64,000 nucleotides of DNA from a bacterium (GTDB lineage Bacteria > Zhuqueibacterota > Zhuqueibacteria > Zhuqueibacterales > Zhuqueibacteraceae), in the NCBI GenBank assembly GCA_044869275.1, contig JBIOXB010000197.1, positions 22,806 to 86,805 on the forward strand. The letters run 5' to 3'. Below, piece by piece: positions 31,092 through 40,313 of this stretch. Within the stretch, counting starts at the first letter, position 1. Each line of letters begins with the position of its first letter. The notes below the pieces were generated by a model, which ran no database searches, was not told the DNA's origin, and saw nothing but the letters and a program-made list of their open reading frames with translations. The translations under genes were made by a program, and so were the position numbers.

Positions 31092-32701
31092 TCATTTGAA
31101 AAAGACTCGCTCAGGGCTGCCACCTCTTGCAGCCGGCCCGCGACTGCTTTGCCGTTCAACGGAATTATCAAGCGTGATAATTCTGACTTGAGATACGCAT
31201 TGGGGTCGTGCTGCAGCGCGCCGGCCGGCAGCCACTCCCACAGCGGACCCAATTCATGCCGCACACGGTCGACGTAGAACTGCGGAATCTCCGTGGTCTC
31301 CTGCTCGAAGAAGCGCCGCAGCGGCAAGTCGGTCTCCAGGCGCTGGCGCATGGCGCTGTGATACTTGATGCGGCCAAAACCTTCCGACGACACCGCGCGC
31401 ACCACGTTCATCCAGCGCGGAATCGCGGATTCCATCGCGGAGAAACGATTGCGGATCGCGCGCCAGGAAAAAGTATAACGCGTCAAGTCCGTGACGTGGT
31501 CGTAAAACTCCGGCCAGCGATAATTTTTGGGCCGCACGTTCATGGCGTGATGGTTGTTCAAGAAGTGAAACGGAAAGGGCAGCACTCGTTGCTCGCGTTG
31601 ATAGCCCAAATTAAGCTCGGCCGCCTGGCCGAAAGCCGAGAGCAGGGAATAGCCGGGAAACGCGGCCGGCGATAAATCCACGAAGCGCTTGGTCAGCTCG
31701 AACGGCTCTGCGCCCTCGTCGCTGTCGAGCCCGAGCACGAAGTTGGCCTGCACGTAGGGAATGTAGCGCATGATCAGATTGACGTGGTCGGCAACCTGCC
31801 GCACTTTGTCCATCCCCTGTGCATTGCCGGTTTTGGATTTGTTGCCCAGATCGTACCAGGACTCGATGCCCGGCAGGATGGCTTTGAAACCGTTGCGCTG
31901 CAACCGTTTGAGATTGGGCTCTGCCAGCAGAGACAGGCTGCTTTCCGCAATGAAGTCGATGCGGTTCGGCGGCACGACTTCTTCGATGGCATCCATGCAC
32001 TCGTTAAAGCGCACGCCGAAATTGGGATCGTGCCAGCCCACGCGTGGCCGCTTCTGGTTTTGCAAAAGAAAGCGCAGGTCTTCTTTCATCACGCCGAGAT
32101 CGAGCGGCTGGTAGGGCACGGCCGCGTCAATGCAGAAACTGCAGGTGTAAGGGCATCCCAAGCTGCCGAGCATGGGAACGATCTTGATCAATGGCGCCTT
32201 GCGCAGCGTGGGCTCGATGAACCTCCAGCGCTCGCGCACGCCCGGCAGCGCGAGCGGCTGCTGTCCAGCGTCCAAGCGCATTCCCAAAGGCCGGTGTTGG
32301 GAGCAATCCTGCAACAGATCGCGAACGACGTTCTTGTCGGTGAAACCAAGGACGTAATCAAAGTACTTCTGTGCGTCTTGGGGATAGCAGCGCGCATGCG
32401 GACCACCCAGCACGGTGATCGCACCTCTTTTTTGGAAGAGATTGCTCAAGGCGTAGGCCAGCTGTGCCGCCTGCGTGAACGCGCCGATGAAGATGACGTC
32501 CACGCGCTCGGGCAACTCTGCGAACAGGTCTTCAAAACCTGTGTAACATACGAAGTTGACGTCGTGCCCTTCTTCTTCGCACCAAAGCGCGATGACTTGC
32601 GGCATGATGCTCGCCAGGTTGGCATTCATCACACGAGCGAATAAGGCGCGCGTAGGGGCTTTGGTAACGAGATCGATGACACCAATACGCAGCTTGCGCA
32701 T
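31088..32701 (-). CDS. B12-binding radical SAM protein
   Basis: VLGGPHA in the N-terminal cobalamin-type domain; GCPYTCSFC; FVLGLDSD. Confidence 0.88.
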   Translation of the reverse strand: MRKLRIGVIDLVTKAPTRALFARVMNANLASIMPQVIALWCEEEGHDVNFVCYTGFEDLFAELPERVDVIFIGAFTQAAQLAYALSNLFQKRGAITVLGGPHARCYPQDAQKYFDYVLGFTDKNVVRDLLQDCSQHRPLGMRLDAGQQPLALPGVRERWRFIEPTLRKAPLIKIVPMLGSLGCPYTCSFCIDAAVPYQPLDLGVMKEDLRFLLQNQKRPRVGWHDPNFGVRFNECMDAIEEVVPPNRIDFIAESSLSLLAEPNLKRLQRNGFKAILPGIESWYDLGNKSKTGNAQGMDKVRQVADHVNLIMRYIPYVQANFVLGLDSDEGAEPFELTKRFVDLSPAAFPGYSLLSAFGQAAELNLGYQREQRVLPFPFHFLNNHHAMNVRPKNYRWPEFYDHVTDLTRYTFSWRAIRNRFSAMESAIPRWMNVVRAVSSEGFGRIKYHSAMRQRLETDLPLRRFFEQETTEIPQFYVDRVRHELGPLWEWLPAGALQHDPNAYLKSELSRLIIPLNGKAVAGRLQEVAALSESFSNE

Positions 32702-33018
32702 TAGGGCTCCTGAGGAATAATGGGGGGGTGAGATACGTTTCTCGCGAGAAAACCGTTCTGCCCCAGGGCCGGAATGCCGTGAGTGGCCGTTTGTCCATCT
32801 TTTGTCGGGATTCTGCGAAGAGTCGAGTTAGGTGATGATCAACAAGATAGGGAAATGCAGGGTAAATTACCACTGTTGTTTTTAGTTTGGGTGATATCGG
32901 GTTTTCGGCACGCCGCGGTCAATTCTCCAAAGTTGTTAGAATAGAATGCGGATTTCCGGGAGGGGTTTTGATCACCATCATTGCCATGAGTTACTCAGAA
33001 CCAATAGATGATTCGTGC

Positions 33019-33771
33019 TCACTTCAAATTCAATCCCAACACCGTCTGGGCCTCACTGTGAAATTCTTCATCGGTAGCTGTCAGTTCACGGAGCTTCTCC
33101 AACAAAATGCGGCGAAACTCGCGGCGCACGAGCGCGAGGTAGTTGGTCACGGTGCTGGCGGAAAGATCGAATTCTGCCGCAAGACGATCGTAGGTCAAGT
33201 GCTGCGCGCCGCTTTCGTCGAGATCATAGCGCTCGAAAAGCCGAAAATGCACCTGCCGGTTCCTGGCCTCGCATTCCACGCGCAGCGCTTCCAAGGCAAG
33301 GCCGAACAGGCTGCGCAGCCATTCCTTTTCAAAGTATGCTTCGGGGTTGTCATGATCCGCAATTTCCAGATGCCGCAACTCCCCTTCGGCGTTCTCAAAA
33401 TCAAGCGCGACGAATTGTGCGCCGCCGCCGCGTTTGAGGCGCTGCGCCGCTTTGTTTTCATTTGCCACGTAGCCGTCGAGGCAGGTGCGTAAAAACGTGC
33501 GAAAACGCGCTTTGGCCGGGTCGTAGTTTTGGAAATAACCCTTCTGCAAAGCCTGCATGAAAAATCCTTGCGTCAGATCTTTGGCGTCTTCATTCGATTT
33601 GCTCCATTTCAGGCGCAGGTATTTGTACACCGGTTTCCAGTAGGCGGCAATCAAAATTTCGAAGGAACGCTGCCGCTCGGCGGCGTTGGCGCTGCGCGTG
33701 GCGAGAATCGCAGACCAGCGCGTGCGCGGGAACTGGTCTTGCGGGCCGCCGATGAGGGTGTCGTCAGGCAT
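33019..33771 (-). CDS. ECF sigma-70 factor (kinase-associated type)
   Basis: FPRTRWS, YWKPVYKYLR, DAKDLTQGFF, RFRTFL, KRGGG, FEKEW. Confidence 0.88.
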   Translation of the reverse strand: MPDDTLIGGPQDQFPRTRWSAILATRSANAAERQRSFEILIAAYWKPVYKYLRLKWSKSNEDAKDLTQGFFMQALQKGYFQNYDPAKARFRTFLRTCLDGYVANENKAAQRLKRGGGAQFVALDFENAEGELRHLEIADHDNPEAYFEKEWLRSLFGLALEALRVECEARNRQVHFRLFERYDLDESGAQHLTYDRLAAEFDLSASTVTNYLALVRREFRRILLEKLRELTATDEEFHSEAQTVLGLNLK

Positions 33772-33920
33772 CTCGTGACTGGAGTATTGGATGAATGGAT
33801 TTTTAGATTAGCTGGTCCATAAAAATAATACTTGACTGCCGGCAGAAACGCAAATGTTTTTCTGGATTCACAGAAGATAGGCTTGCTTTCTTCGCGGATC
33901 GCGTCAAATATTCGGTTCAC

Positions 33921-34412
33921 ATGAAAGCTTATTTTTTGCTCTACATCTTAATCACATTGGCGTACACCATAGGCTGGGCGCAAGAGACACAAGAGAAACC
34001 CAAGAAGCCCCGTCCTACTGCGGTAGCGCCCACGTGAAGCGGCTGACCCGGCGAGGGCGGTCCGCTCCGTGGGAGCGGCTTGGAAACGAAATGGATGTTC
34101 TCCGCGCGTTTCATCGATACCGAGCTTGAGCGGCCGCGCTGCCGAAGAATCTCGCGTTGCGGCCAATGTATGACGGCGACCGCTCGCATGTGATGCTGAC
34201 TTATTCGTACCGGCAAATGAGCCTTGCGCGGCAAGGTGGTGCTGCTGGATTTTTGGGCGACGTGGTGCAAGCCTTGCGTGAAAAGCATGCCGGAGCTGCA
34301 AAAGCTGCACGAGCAATATTCGTCGCAGGGGCTGGTGGTTTTGGGCATTACCATCGATGAACAAGCCGAGAAAAAAGTGCCGGCATTTTTGGAGAAAAAC
34401 AAAATTACATAA
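33921..34412 (+). pseudogene. Decayed secreted TlpA-family thioredoxin gene
   Basis: Signal-peptide mini-ORF MKAYFLLYILITLAYTIGWAQ...*, then an out-of-frame LRGKVVLLDFWATWCKPC...KNKIT* that is truncated. Confidence 0.7.
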
Positions 34413-34464
34413 GTTATGACAAGCTTTCTTTCTTCGCCACCCGCTTCGCCATGTAAATATCCGG

Positions 34465-34732
34465 CTTGCACTTCAGGATTCACCACCGGCGGGTGAAGTT
34501 CCCACACGCGGCCGTCATACATTTTAATCCCGCCAATCCATCCTAAAACTCTTCCGTTATCATCCACTGCAATCCGGCTCAGGCGATCTTGGTGGAATGA
34601 TTCCTCCACTTCGCGCCGCGCCGATTCGAGATCTGGCCACGCTTCCGGCCAGTGTGCGCGGAATCCTTCGTGAAGCAGTTGCGCTGTTTGTTCGATCAAG
34701 CTCTTTTCTTGCGGTACCAGGTCGATCATGCG
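34465..34732 (-). pseudogene. Truncated GNAT acetyltransferase, AAC(6')-Ia-like
   Basis: WPDLESARREVEES, GWIGG..MY...WELHP.VV.PE.Q; similarity stops before the acetyl-CoA motif Q.GIG. Confidence 0.7.
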
Positions 34733-34900
34733 CATAAAATTTTCCAAAATAACTCTTGCATAAAATACAGAATGTTTTAGCTTTGGTGAACAAGAATACA
34801 GCTACTGTTTATCTTTAAAATCGAACGAAGCATTCTCATCTCCAATAGCAGGCGAAATAATTGTTCGCGAGTGACTATTCAGCTCATGAAAGAAATGTAA

Positions 34901-34979
34901 ACGGATTAAGCGGATTGAACGGATTGTGATTCTGAAAAAACCAGGTTTCTGAAATCCGCTTTATCCGCTCAATCCGCTT
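34901..34979. repeat. 9-mer repeat hairpin
   Basis: acggattaa gcggattga acggattgt ... aaatccgct ttatccgct caatccgct. Confidence 0.8.
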
Positions 34980-35090
34980 ACATGAAATAGGAGCTGAATA
35001 GTTATGTTCGCGATTGCAATGGGTTTTGTTGCGCACGCAGACTTTGAGCAGCCTATTCTGCGTTCTTTACCCAAATCGTCCCGGACAATT

Positions 35091-36311
35091 ATGAATCTCC
35101 CTCCTCGCAAAGGCCGCGGCACCACACTCAATCCCGTAAACCGCTTTGAACCGATCGCGATCGATTTCGATCCGGAATGGCTGGAAGGCGGAGAAACGAT
35201 TTCCAATCAAACCGTCTATTACGACGACACCAGCCGCACGATTCTGTCCAAAAACGACAGCCCGGACATTGGTTTCGTGCACAGCTTGAATCCCTACCGC
35301 GGCTGCGAGCACGGCTGTGTGTACTGTTATGCGCGCCCTTCGCACGAGTACTTTGGCCTGTCCGCGGGATTGGATTTTGAGACCAAGATCATGGTGAAGC
35401 GCGAGGCGCCGAGGTTGCTGGCGGAGACCTTTCAAAGCCGGAGCTGGAAGCCGCAAGTAATCGCGCTCTCCGGCAATACGGATTGCTATCAGCTTGCCGA
35501 ACGCCAATTGCGAATCACACGGGCCTGTCTCGAAGTGTTCCTGCGCTTCCGCAATCCCGTGGGCATCATCACCAAGAATGCGCTGATCCTGCGCGACCTC
35601 GAGGTGTTGCAGGAACTAGCCCGGCTGCAATTGGTGCATGTCGCCATTAGCGTGACGACCTTGGACAACCGCCTATGCCGCAAGATGGAACCGCGCACTT
35701 CGACGCCGGAAAAAAGACTGGAGGCGCTGGCGCGACTCGCTGCGGCCGGCATTCCCACCAGTGTGAATGTCGCGCCGGTCATTCCGGGATTGACGGATCA
35801 CGAAATGCCGGCGATCATTGCTGCTGCGGCCGAGTGCGGGGCGGCGCATGCGGGCTTCATCATGCTGCGCCTGCCGTATGCCTTGAAAGAACTCTTCGTC
35901 AACTGGCTGCACACGCACCTTCCCGACCGCGCCGAAAAAGTGCTAAATGCCATTCGCGACGTGCGCAATGGCAAGCTCAACGACCCCAACTTCGGTGCGC
36001 GCATGAGCGGCCAGGGCGAACGCGCCGAAGCACTCGCCCGATTGTTCGAGGTGGCCTGTCAGAAACATGGCCTGAATCAGGAAAGACAGGTGCCGTTGCG
36101 CCTGGATTTGTTCCGGAGAGCCGAGGCCCGGCAGACAGAGCTATTCGACCACGAGAACCAGCCGGTGGCGGACAGCGCCTGGCCAGCGGCTGGTTTTGGC
36201 CAGAGCTCCTTTCGAGAGCAGCTTGAATCCGGGGCAAAAACTCCTTCCGCCGCTTCCTCCCCGGCCTCACCGCGTGTGCATGAGGATTTGAACATGAACC
36301 GCCATCCATGA
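35091..36311 (+). CDS. PA0069/Rv2578c family radical SAM protein (SplB-like)
   Basis: NDSPDI.F..SLNPYRGCEHGCVYCYARPSH, GLDFETKI, NTDCYQ, MEPRT, APVIPGLTD. Confidence 0.92.
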   Translation: MNLPPRKGRGTTLNPVNRFEPIAIDFDPEWLEGGETISNQTVYYDDTSRTILSKNDSPDIGFVHSLNPYRGCEHGCVYCYARPSHEYFGLSAGLDFETKIMVKREAPRLLAETFQSRSWKPQVIALSGNTDCYQLAERQLRITRACLEVFLRFRNPVGIITKNALILRDLEVLQELARLQLVHVAISVTTLDNRLCRKMEPRTSTPEKRLEALARLAAAGIPTSVNVAPVIPGLTDHEMPAIIAAAAECGAAHAGFIMLRLPYALKELFVNWLHTHLPDRAEKVLNAIRDVRNGKLNDPNFGARMSGQGERAEALARLFEVACQKHGLNQERQVPLRLDLFRRAEARQTELFDHENQPVADSAWPAAGFGQSSFREQLESGAKTPSAASSPASPRVHEDLNMNRHP

Positions 36312-36440
36312 GAATAACTTCATAACTTCAAACGCAGTTCCTAAGCAGCGAGCCATTACAACTTTCCGCTTGCACTTCCGTATAATTCTTGCGATTTTTG
36401 ATGTTATGCTATGCCATCACTATTGAGGACGGGAAGGGAC

Positions 36441-37724
36441 ATGAAAACCAAGACAAAAATTCTTATCGGCGCAGGCATTCTGGCTTTGATTGCGCTGATT
36501 GCGTTTGCCAATTTCAAGTTCGCGCAGAAGAGTGTGACCAAAGTGGAGGCGCAAAAAGTACAGGAACGCGAGCTGCGCGCAATGGTTTCGGCCTCCGGCA
36601 AAATTCGAGCGAAAACTTCGGTTGATATCAGTGCCAGCACCACCGGCAAGGTCGTCAGCCTGGCGGTGGATGAAGGCGATCGCGTCGAAAGAGGCCAGTT
36701 GCTCATGCGCATCGATGCCACACCGGCGGAAACGCAAGTGAAACAAATTCAGGCGAGCTTGCAGGCCGCTCGTGCCACTTACGATTTGCAACGCGCCAAC
36801 TTAGAGCAAGCTCAAATCGAAGCCGATCGCCAGCAAGCCTTGTTCGAAAAAAAATTGACCTCGGAAGAGTTGTTGCAAAAAGCCAAAACCGCTTTGAACG
36901 TGCAGAGGCTGCAAACCGTAGCAGCGCAACAAGACATTTCGCGCTGGGAAGCTATGTTGAAGAGCGCGCAACATGAATTGAGCAAGGTGAACGTCGTTTC
37001 CGACATTTCCGGCGTCGTGGTCAAGCGCAACATCGAAGAAGGCGAGAATGTTTTTGTTGGCGCCTTCAACAATCCGGCGACCGTACTTTTGACCGTTGCC
37101 GATCTTTCCATTATCGAAGCGGAAGTTGAAGTGGATGAGACCGACATCGTCAACGTGCGCGTGGATCAGGAAGTTGCCGTCAAGGTTGATGCCTATCCCG
37201 ACAGCTCGTTCAAAGGCAAAGTGACGAAAGTCGGGAGCAGCCCCATTTTGGGCGCGACCGGCGGCGCGCAACAGCAGGCCACGAGCTTCGAAGTGGTCGT
37301 ACAACTGATAGATGAAATTCCGCGCGTGCGGCCGGGACTTTCGAACAAGGCGGAAATCACCACCGGTTATCGTCCTGAAGCGATTGCCGTGCCGATTCAG
37401 GCATTGACGCTGCGCAAGCCTTCCGAGCTCAAGCCGCTTGATCCCAAGCAAAAACGCCGCCGCCTCGAGGCTACCAACGGTGAGAGCGATACCACCAAAG
37501 TCAAAGAGAAAGAGTTACAGGGCGCCTTCATTATAAAAGACGGTAAAGCCGCTTTTCGCGAAGTCAAGACCGGTATAGCCGGCGACCGCTATTTCGAAGT
37601 GTTGTCCGGTTTGCAGGCGGGCGACGAAGTCATCACCGGGCCGTTCAGCGTGCTGCGCCGTTTGCGCGAGGGCGACGCCGTATCTTTGACCAAGCCGGCG
37701 GCGAAAAAAGACGGGGAAAAATAG
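36441..37724 (+). CDS. Efflux periplasmic adaptor subunit (MacA-like)
   Basis: N-terminal anchor, SASGKI, V.EGDRV..GQLL, coiled coil, VDETDI, SGL..GDEVI. Confidence 0.92.
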   Translation: MKTKTKILIGAGILALIALIAFANFKFAQKSVTKVEAQKVQERELRAMVSASGKIRAKTSVDISASTTGKVVSLAVDEGDRVERGQLLMRIDATPAETQVKQIQASLQAARATYDLQRANLEQAQIEADRQQALFEKKLTSEELLQKAKTALNVQRLQTVAAQQDISRWEAMLKSAQHELSKVNVVSDISGVVVKRNIEEGENVFVGAFNNPATVLLTVADLSIIEAEVEVDETDIVNVRVDQEVAVKVDAYPDSSFKGKVTKVGSSPILGATGGAQQQATSFEVVVQLIDEIPRVRPGLSNKAEITTGYRPEAIAVPIQALTLRKPSELKPLDPKQKRRRLEATNGESDTTKVKEKELQGAFIIKDGKAAFREVKTGIAGDRYFEVLSGLQAGDEVITGPFSVLRRLREGDAVSLTKPAAKKDGEK

Positions 37725-37727
37725 GCC

Positions 37728-38963
37728 ATGCAACAGATGGTGGAGAGCATCAGCATCGCTCTGCAAGCGCTGTGGGCGAACAAGTTGCGTTCGGCGCTGA
37801 CGATTTTGTGCGTCATCATTTCGATCATGTCGATCATTGCCGTGGTATCGATTCTCGACGGCATGGATTATTACGTCAAAGAAAAAGTGCTGGAGCAGGG
37901 CAGCAACGTCTTTACCGTGACGCGCGTGAACGAATGGGAAATTCTGACGGATTTCGACAAATTTCTCAAGTCGCTCAAAAATCCCGAGCTGACTTTGGAA
38001 GACCAGGAGGCGATTCAAACGGAAGTGAACGAGGCGGAATTTGTTGATGCCGCACTGGATCGCAACGAGAGCTTGAATGTCGGCCGGCGTTTTGTCGAAA
38101 ACGTCGAAATTCGCGGCCGCACGGCGGAGTATCCCGGCATCGGCGACTTCCCGCTGATCGAAGGCCGGCACTTCAGCGAAATCGACGTGCACCAACGCCG
38201 TATGGTTGCCGTCGTCGGCTGGGAAGTGGCGCAAAACCTGTTTCCGGATCTCGACCCAATCGGACGAGCCGTGAAATTCTCCGGGCGTCATTACACCATC
38301 ATCGGCGTGGTGGAAAAAAAGCCTTCGGTGCTCGGCGGGAATCCCAACGTATTCGCCTTCATCCCGGTTACCGCTTTTTTGAAGCATTTCGGCACGCATC
38401 GCTGGACGACCATCAACATTCCCGTGCGCACCGCCAGCATGGAGGCCTTCAATACGGCACAGGAAAAAGTGCGTACCGTCATGCGTATTCGCCACAAGCT
38501 GAAGCCCAATCAAGAGGACGATTTTTACATTTCCACTTCGGAAACGCTGGTCAACTTATGGGCCGCGATCAGCGGCGCGCTGTTCGGCTCGTTAATCGGC
38601 ATCGTGAGCATCACGCTGGTGGTGGGTGGCATCATCATCATGAACGTCATGCTCGTGGCCGTCAACGAACGCACGCGCGAGATCGGCACGCGCAAAGCCG
38701 TGGGCGCGAAACGCCGGGATATTGCCCTGCAATTCATCGTGGAATCTTTGACGTTGACCGTTATCGGCGGCATGATCGGTATCGTGTTCGGATTTTTTGT
38801 CGCTTTCTTGGTCGCGGCTTTCTCACCGCTGCCTTATCGCATCGCGCCCTGGTCGATCTTCGCGGCTTTGGTGATCACGTTTATCGTCGGTTTGTTTTTC
38901 GGCGTATATCCGGCTTCGCGTGCCGCGCGGCTGGATCCCGTGGAGGCGTTGCGGTATGAATAA
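37728..38963 (+). CDS. ABC transporter permease (MacB/FtsX-like)
   Basis: NKLRSALT, VGGI.IMNVML..V.ERTREIG.RKAVGA, PA.RAARLDPVEALRYE. Confidence 0.93.
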   Translation: MQQMVESISIALQALWANKLRSALTILCVIISIMSIIAVVSILDGMDYYVKEKVLEQGSNVFTVTRVNEWEILTDFDKFLKSLKNPELTLEDQEAIQTEVNEAEFVDAALDRNESLNVGRRFVENVEIRGRTAEYPGIGDFPLIEGRHFSEIDVHQRRMVAVVGWEVAQNLFPDLDPIGRAVKFSGRHYTIIGVVEKKPSVLGGNPNVFAFIPVTAFLKHFGTHRWTTINIPVRTASMEAFNTAQEKVRTVMRIRHKLKPNQEDDFYISTSETLVNLWAAISGALFGSLIGIVSITLVVGGIIIMNVMLVAVNERTREIGTRKAVGAKRRDIALQFIVESLTLTVIGGMIGIVFGFFVAFLVAAFSPLPYRIAPWSIFAALVITFIVGLFFGVYPASRAARLDPVEALRYE

Positions 38964-40203
38964 GACTGACCGGCGCCACGATTGGCTGAGCGAGGTGTTG
39001 GAATCCATGCGCGAGGCCCTCGAAGTCATGCGCTCGCACAAGCTACGTTCGGCGCTGGTGATTTTGGGCGTGATGATTGGCGTCGCGAGCTTGATGGGCA
39101 TGGTGGCGACGCTCAGTGGATTGGAAAAATTCTTGGAAGAATCCGTGAGCGGCAACGATACGCCGATCCTCTCTTTGCAAAAGACCGACGTGTTTTCCGG
39201 CGAGGGACATCGCGAGTGGGAGAAGCGCAAGAATTTCACGATCGACGATATGTTCGCGCTGGAAAGGCTGCCGCATGTGCGCGGCGTGATGGTGGTGTAC
39301 GGCGACGGTGCCGTGGCGAAATACAAGGACCGCAAAGCGCGTTTGATTCAAGTCATCGGCACCAACCAGCCTTTTTTGCACGTCAACAGCATCAACATCG
39401 ACGAGGGGCGGTATTTTTCTCAATTCGAAGAAGATCACCGCCGCAAAGTGGTGGTTTTGGGAGACAAGGCCGCGCTCTCGCTCTTTCCTGACGAGGATCC
39501 GGTGGGCAAGCATATTCGTGTCGACGACAAAGACTATGAAGTCGTCGGCGTTTTTGCCCAGCGCAAGACCGTGTTCGGTAGTTTGGCCGACAATTTCATG
39601 GCCGTGCCTTTCACTTCATTCGAGCGCGATTTTCTGCATTACCGGCAGGGGCCGGAATTCCGCGTCATCGTGGAGAGCATGCGCTACCTCGATGAAGCCA
39701 AGGAAAACGTGCGTGCGTTGATGCGTATGCGGCGCAAGGTACCGCTTGGCCAACCCGACGATTTCGCGGTGATCACATCGGAAGCAGTGATGGAGTTCAC
39801 CAAGAAGCTGACGGATGCCGTGGCTTTGGTGCTGGTCGTGCTTTCCTCCATTGCGTTGATGGTGGGCGGCGTTGGAGTGATGGTGATCATGCTGGTGTCC
39901 GTCACCGAGCGCACGCGCGAGATCGGCATTCGCAAAGCCATCGGCGCCACGCGGCGCGTCATCACGTGGCAGTTCTTGATCGAAGCCGCGACGCTGACCG
40001 GCATCGGCGGATTTTTGGGAATCTTGGTGGGAATCGGACTGGCCTTGATTGCTTCGTCGCTGCTGGGATTCCCGTTCGTGCTGCCCGTCGAGTGGGTCAT
40101 TTTTTCCGTGCTGCTTTCTGCCAGCATCGGCCTGTTTTTCGGCATCGTCCCGGCGCGCAAAGCGGCGAAGCTGGACCCCATTGTCGCGCTGCGGTATGAA
40201 TGA
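38956..40203 (+). CDS. ABC transporter permease (MacB/FtsX-like)
   Basis: HKLRSAL, SVTERTREIGIRKAIGA, PARKAAKLDPIVALRYE. Confidence 0.93.
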   Translation: MNKTDRRHDWLSEVLESMREALEVMRSHKLRSALVILGVMIGVASLMGMVATLSGLEKFLEESVSGNDTPILSLQKTDVFSGEGHREWEKRKNFTIDDMFALERLPHVRGVMVVYGDGAVAKYKDRKARLIQVIGTNQPFLHVNSINIDEGRYFSQFEEDHRRKVVVLGDKAALSLFPDEDPVGKHIRVDDKDYEVVGVFAQRKTVFGSLADNFMAVPFTSFERDFLHYRQGPEFRVIVESMRYLDEAKENVRALMRMRRKVPLGQPDDFAVITSEAVMEFTKKLTDAVALVLVVLSSIALMVGGVGVMVIMLVSVTERTREIGIRKAIGATRRVITWQFLIEAATLTGIGGFLGILVGIGLALIASSLLGFPFVLPVEWVIFSVLLSASIGLFFGIVPARKAAKLDPIVALRYE

Positions 40204-40293
40204 GACGTGAGAGGTGAAACGGCAGACGTAATTAGTTGAACTGAATGCGCCTCACTTTTCAGATCCCACGTCTCACGTTTATCGTCTCACATC
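40201..40293. repeat. 7-mer (TGAGACG) repeat hairpin between convergent genes
   Basis: tgagacg tgagagg tgaaacg gcagacg ... cgtctca cgtttat cgtctca catct. Confidence 0.8.
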
Positions 40294-40313
40294 TGTGGAC
40301 ATACCCCTCCTCC

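Noticed and set aside
29034..31277. 747-aa plus-strand ORF, and similar long ORFs at 9715-11613, 23222-24481, 24596-25951 and 57548-59212
   Set aside because: Antisense shadows of well-supported minus-strand genes in GC-rich DNA; no recognisable motifs.
33941..34747. 268-aa ORF as a real protein
   Set aside because: It is a chimera of a GNAT N-terminal half and the antisense of the TlpA fragment.
34780..35090. LexA/SOS box upstream of the SplB-like radical SAM gene and uvrA
   Set aside because: Scattered GAAC/GTTC half-sites but no consistent palindrome shared by both promoters.
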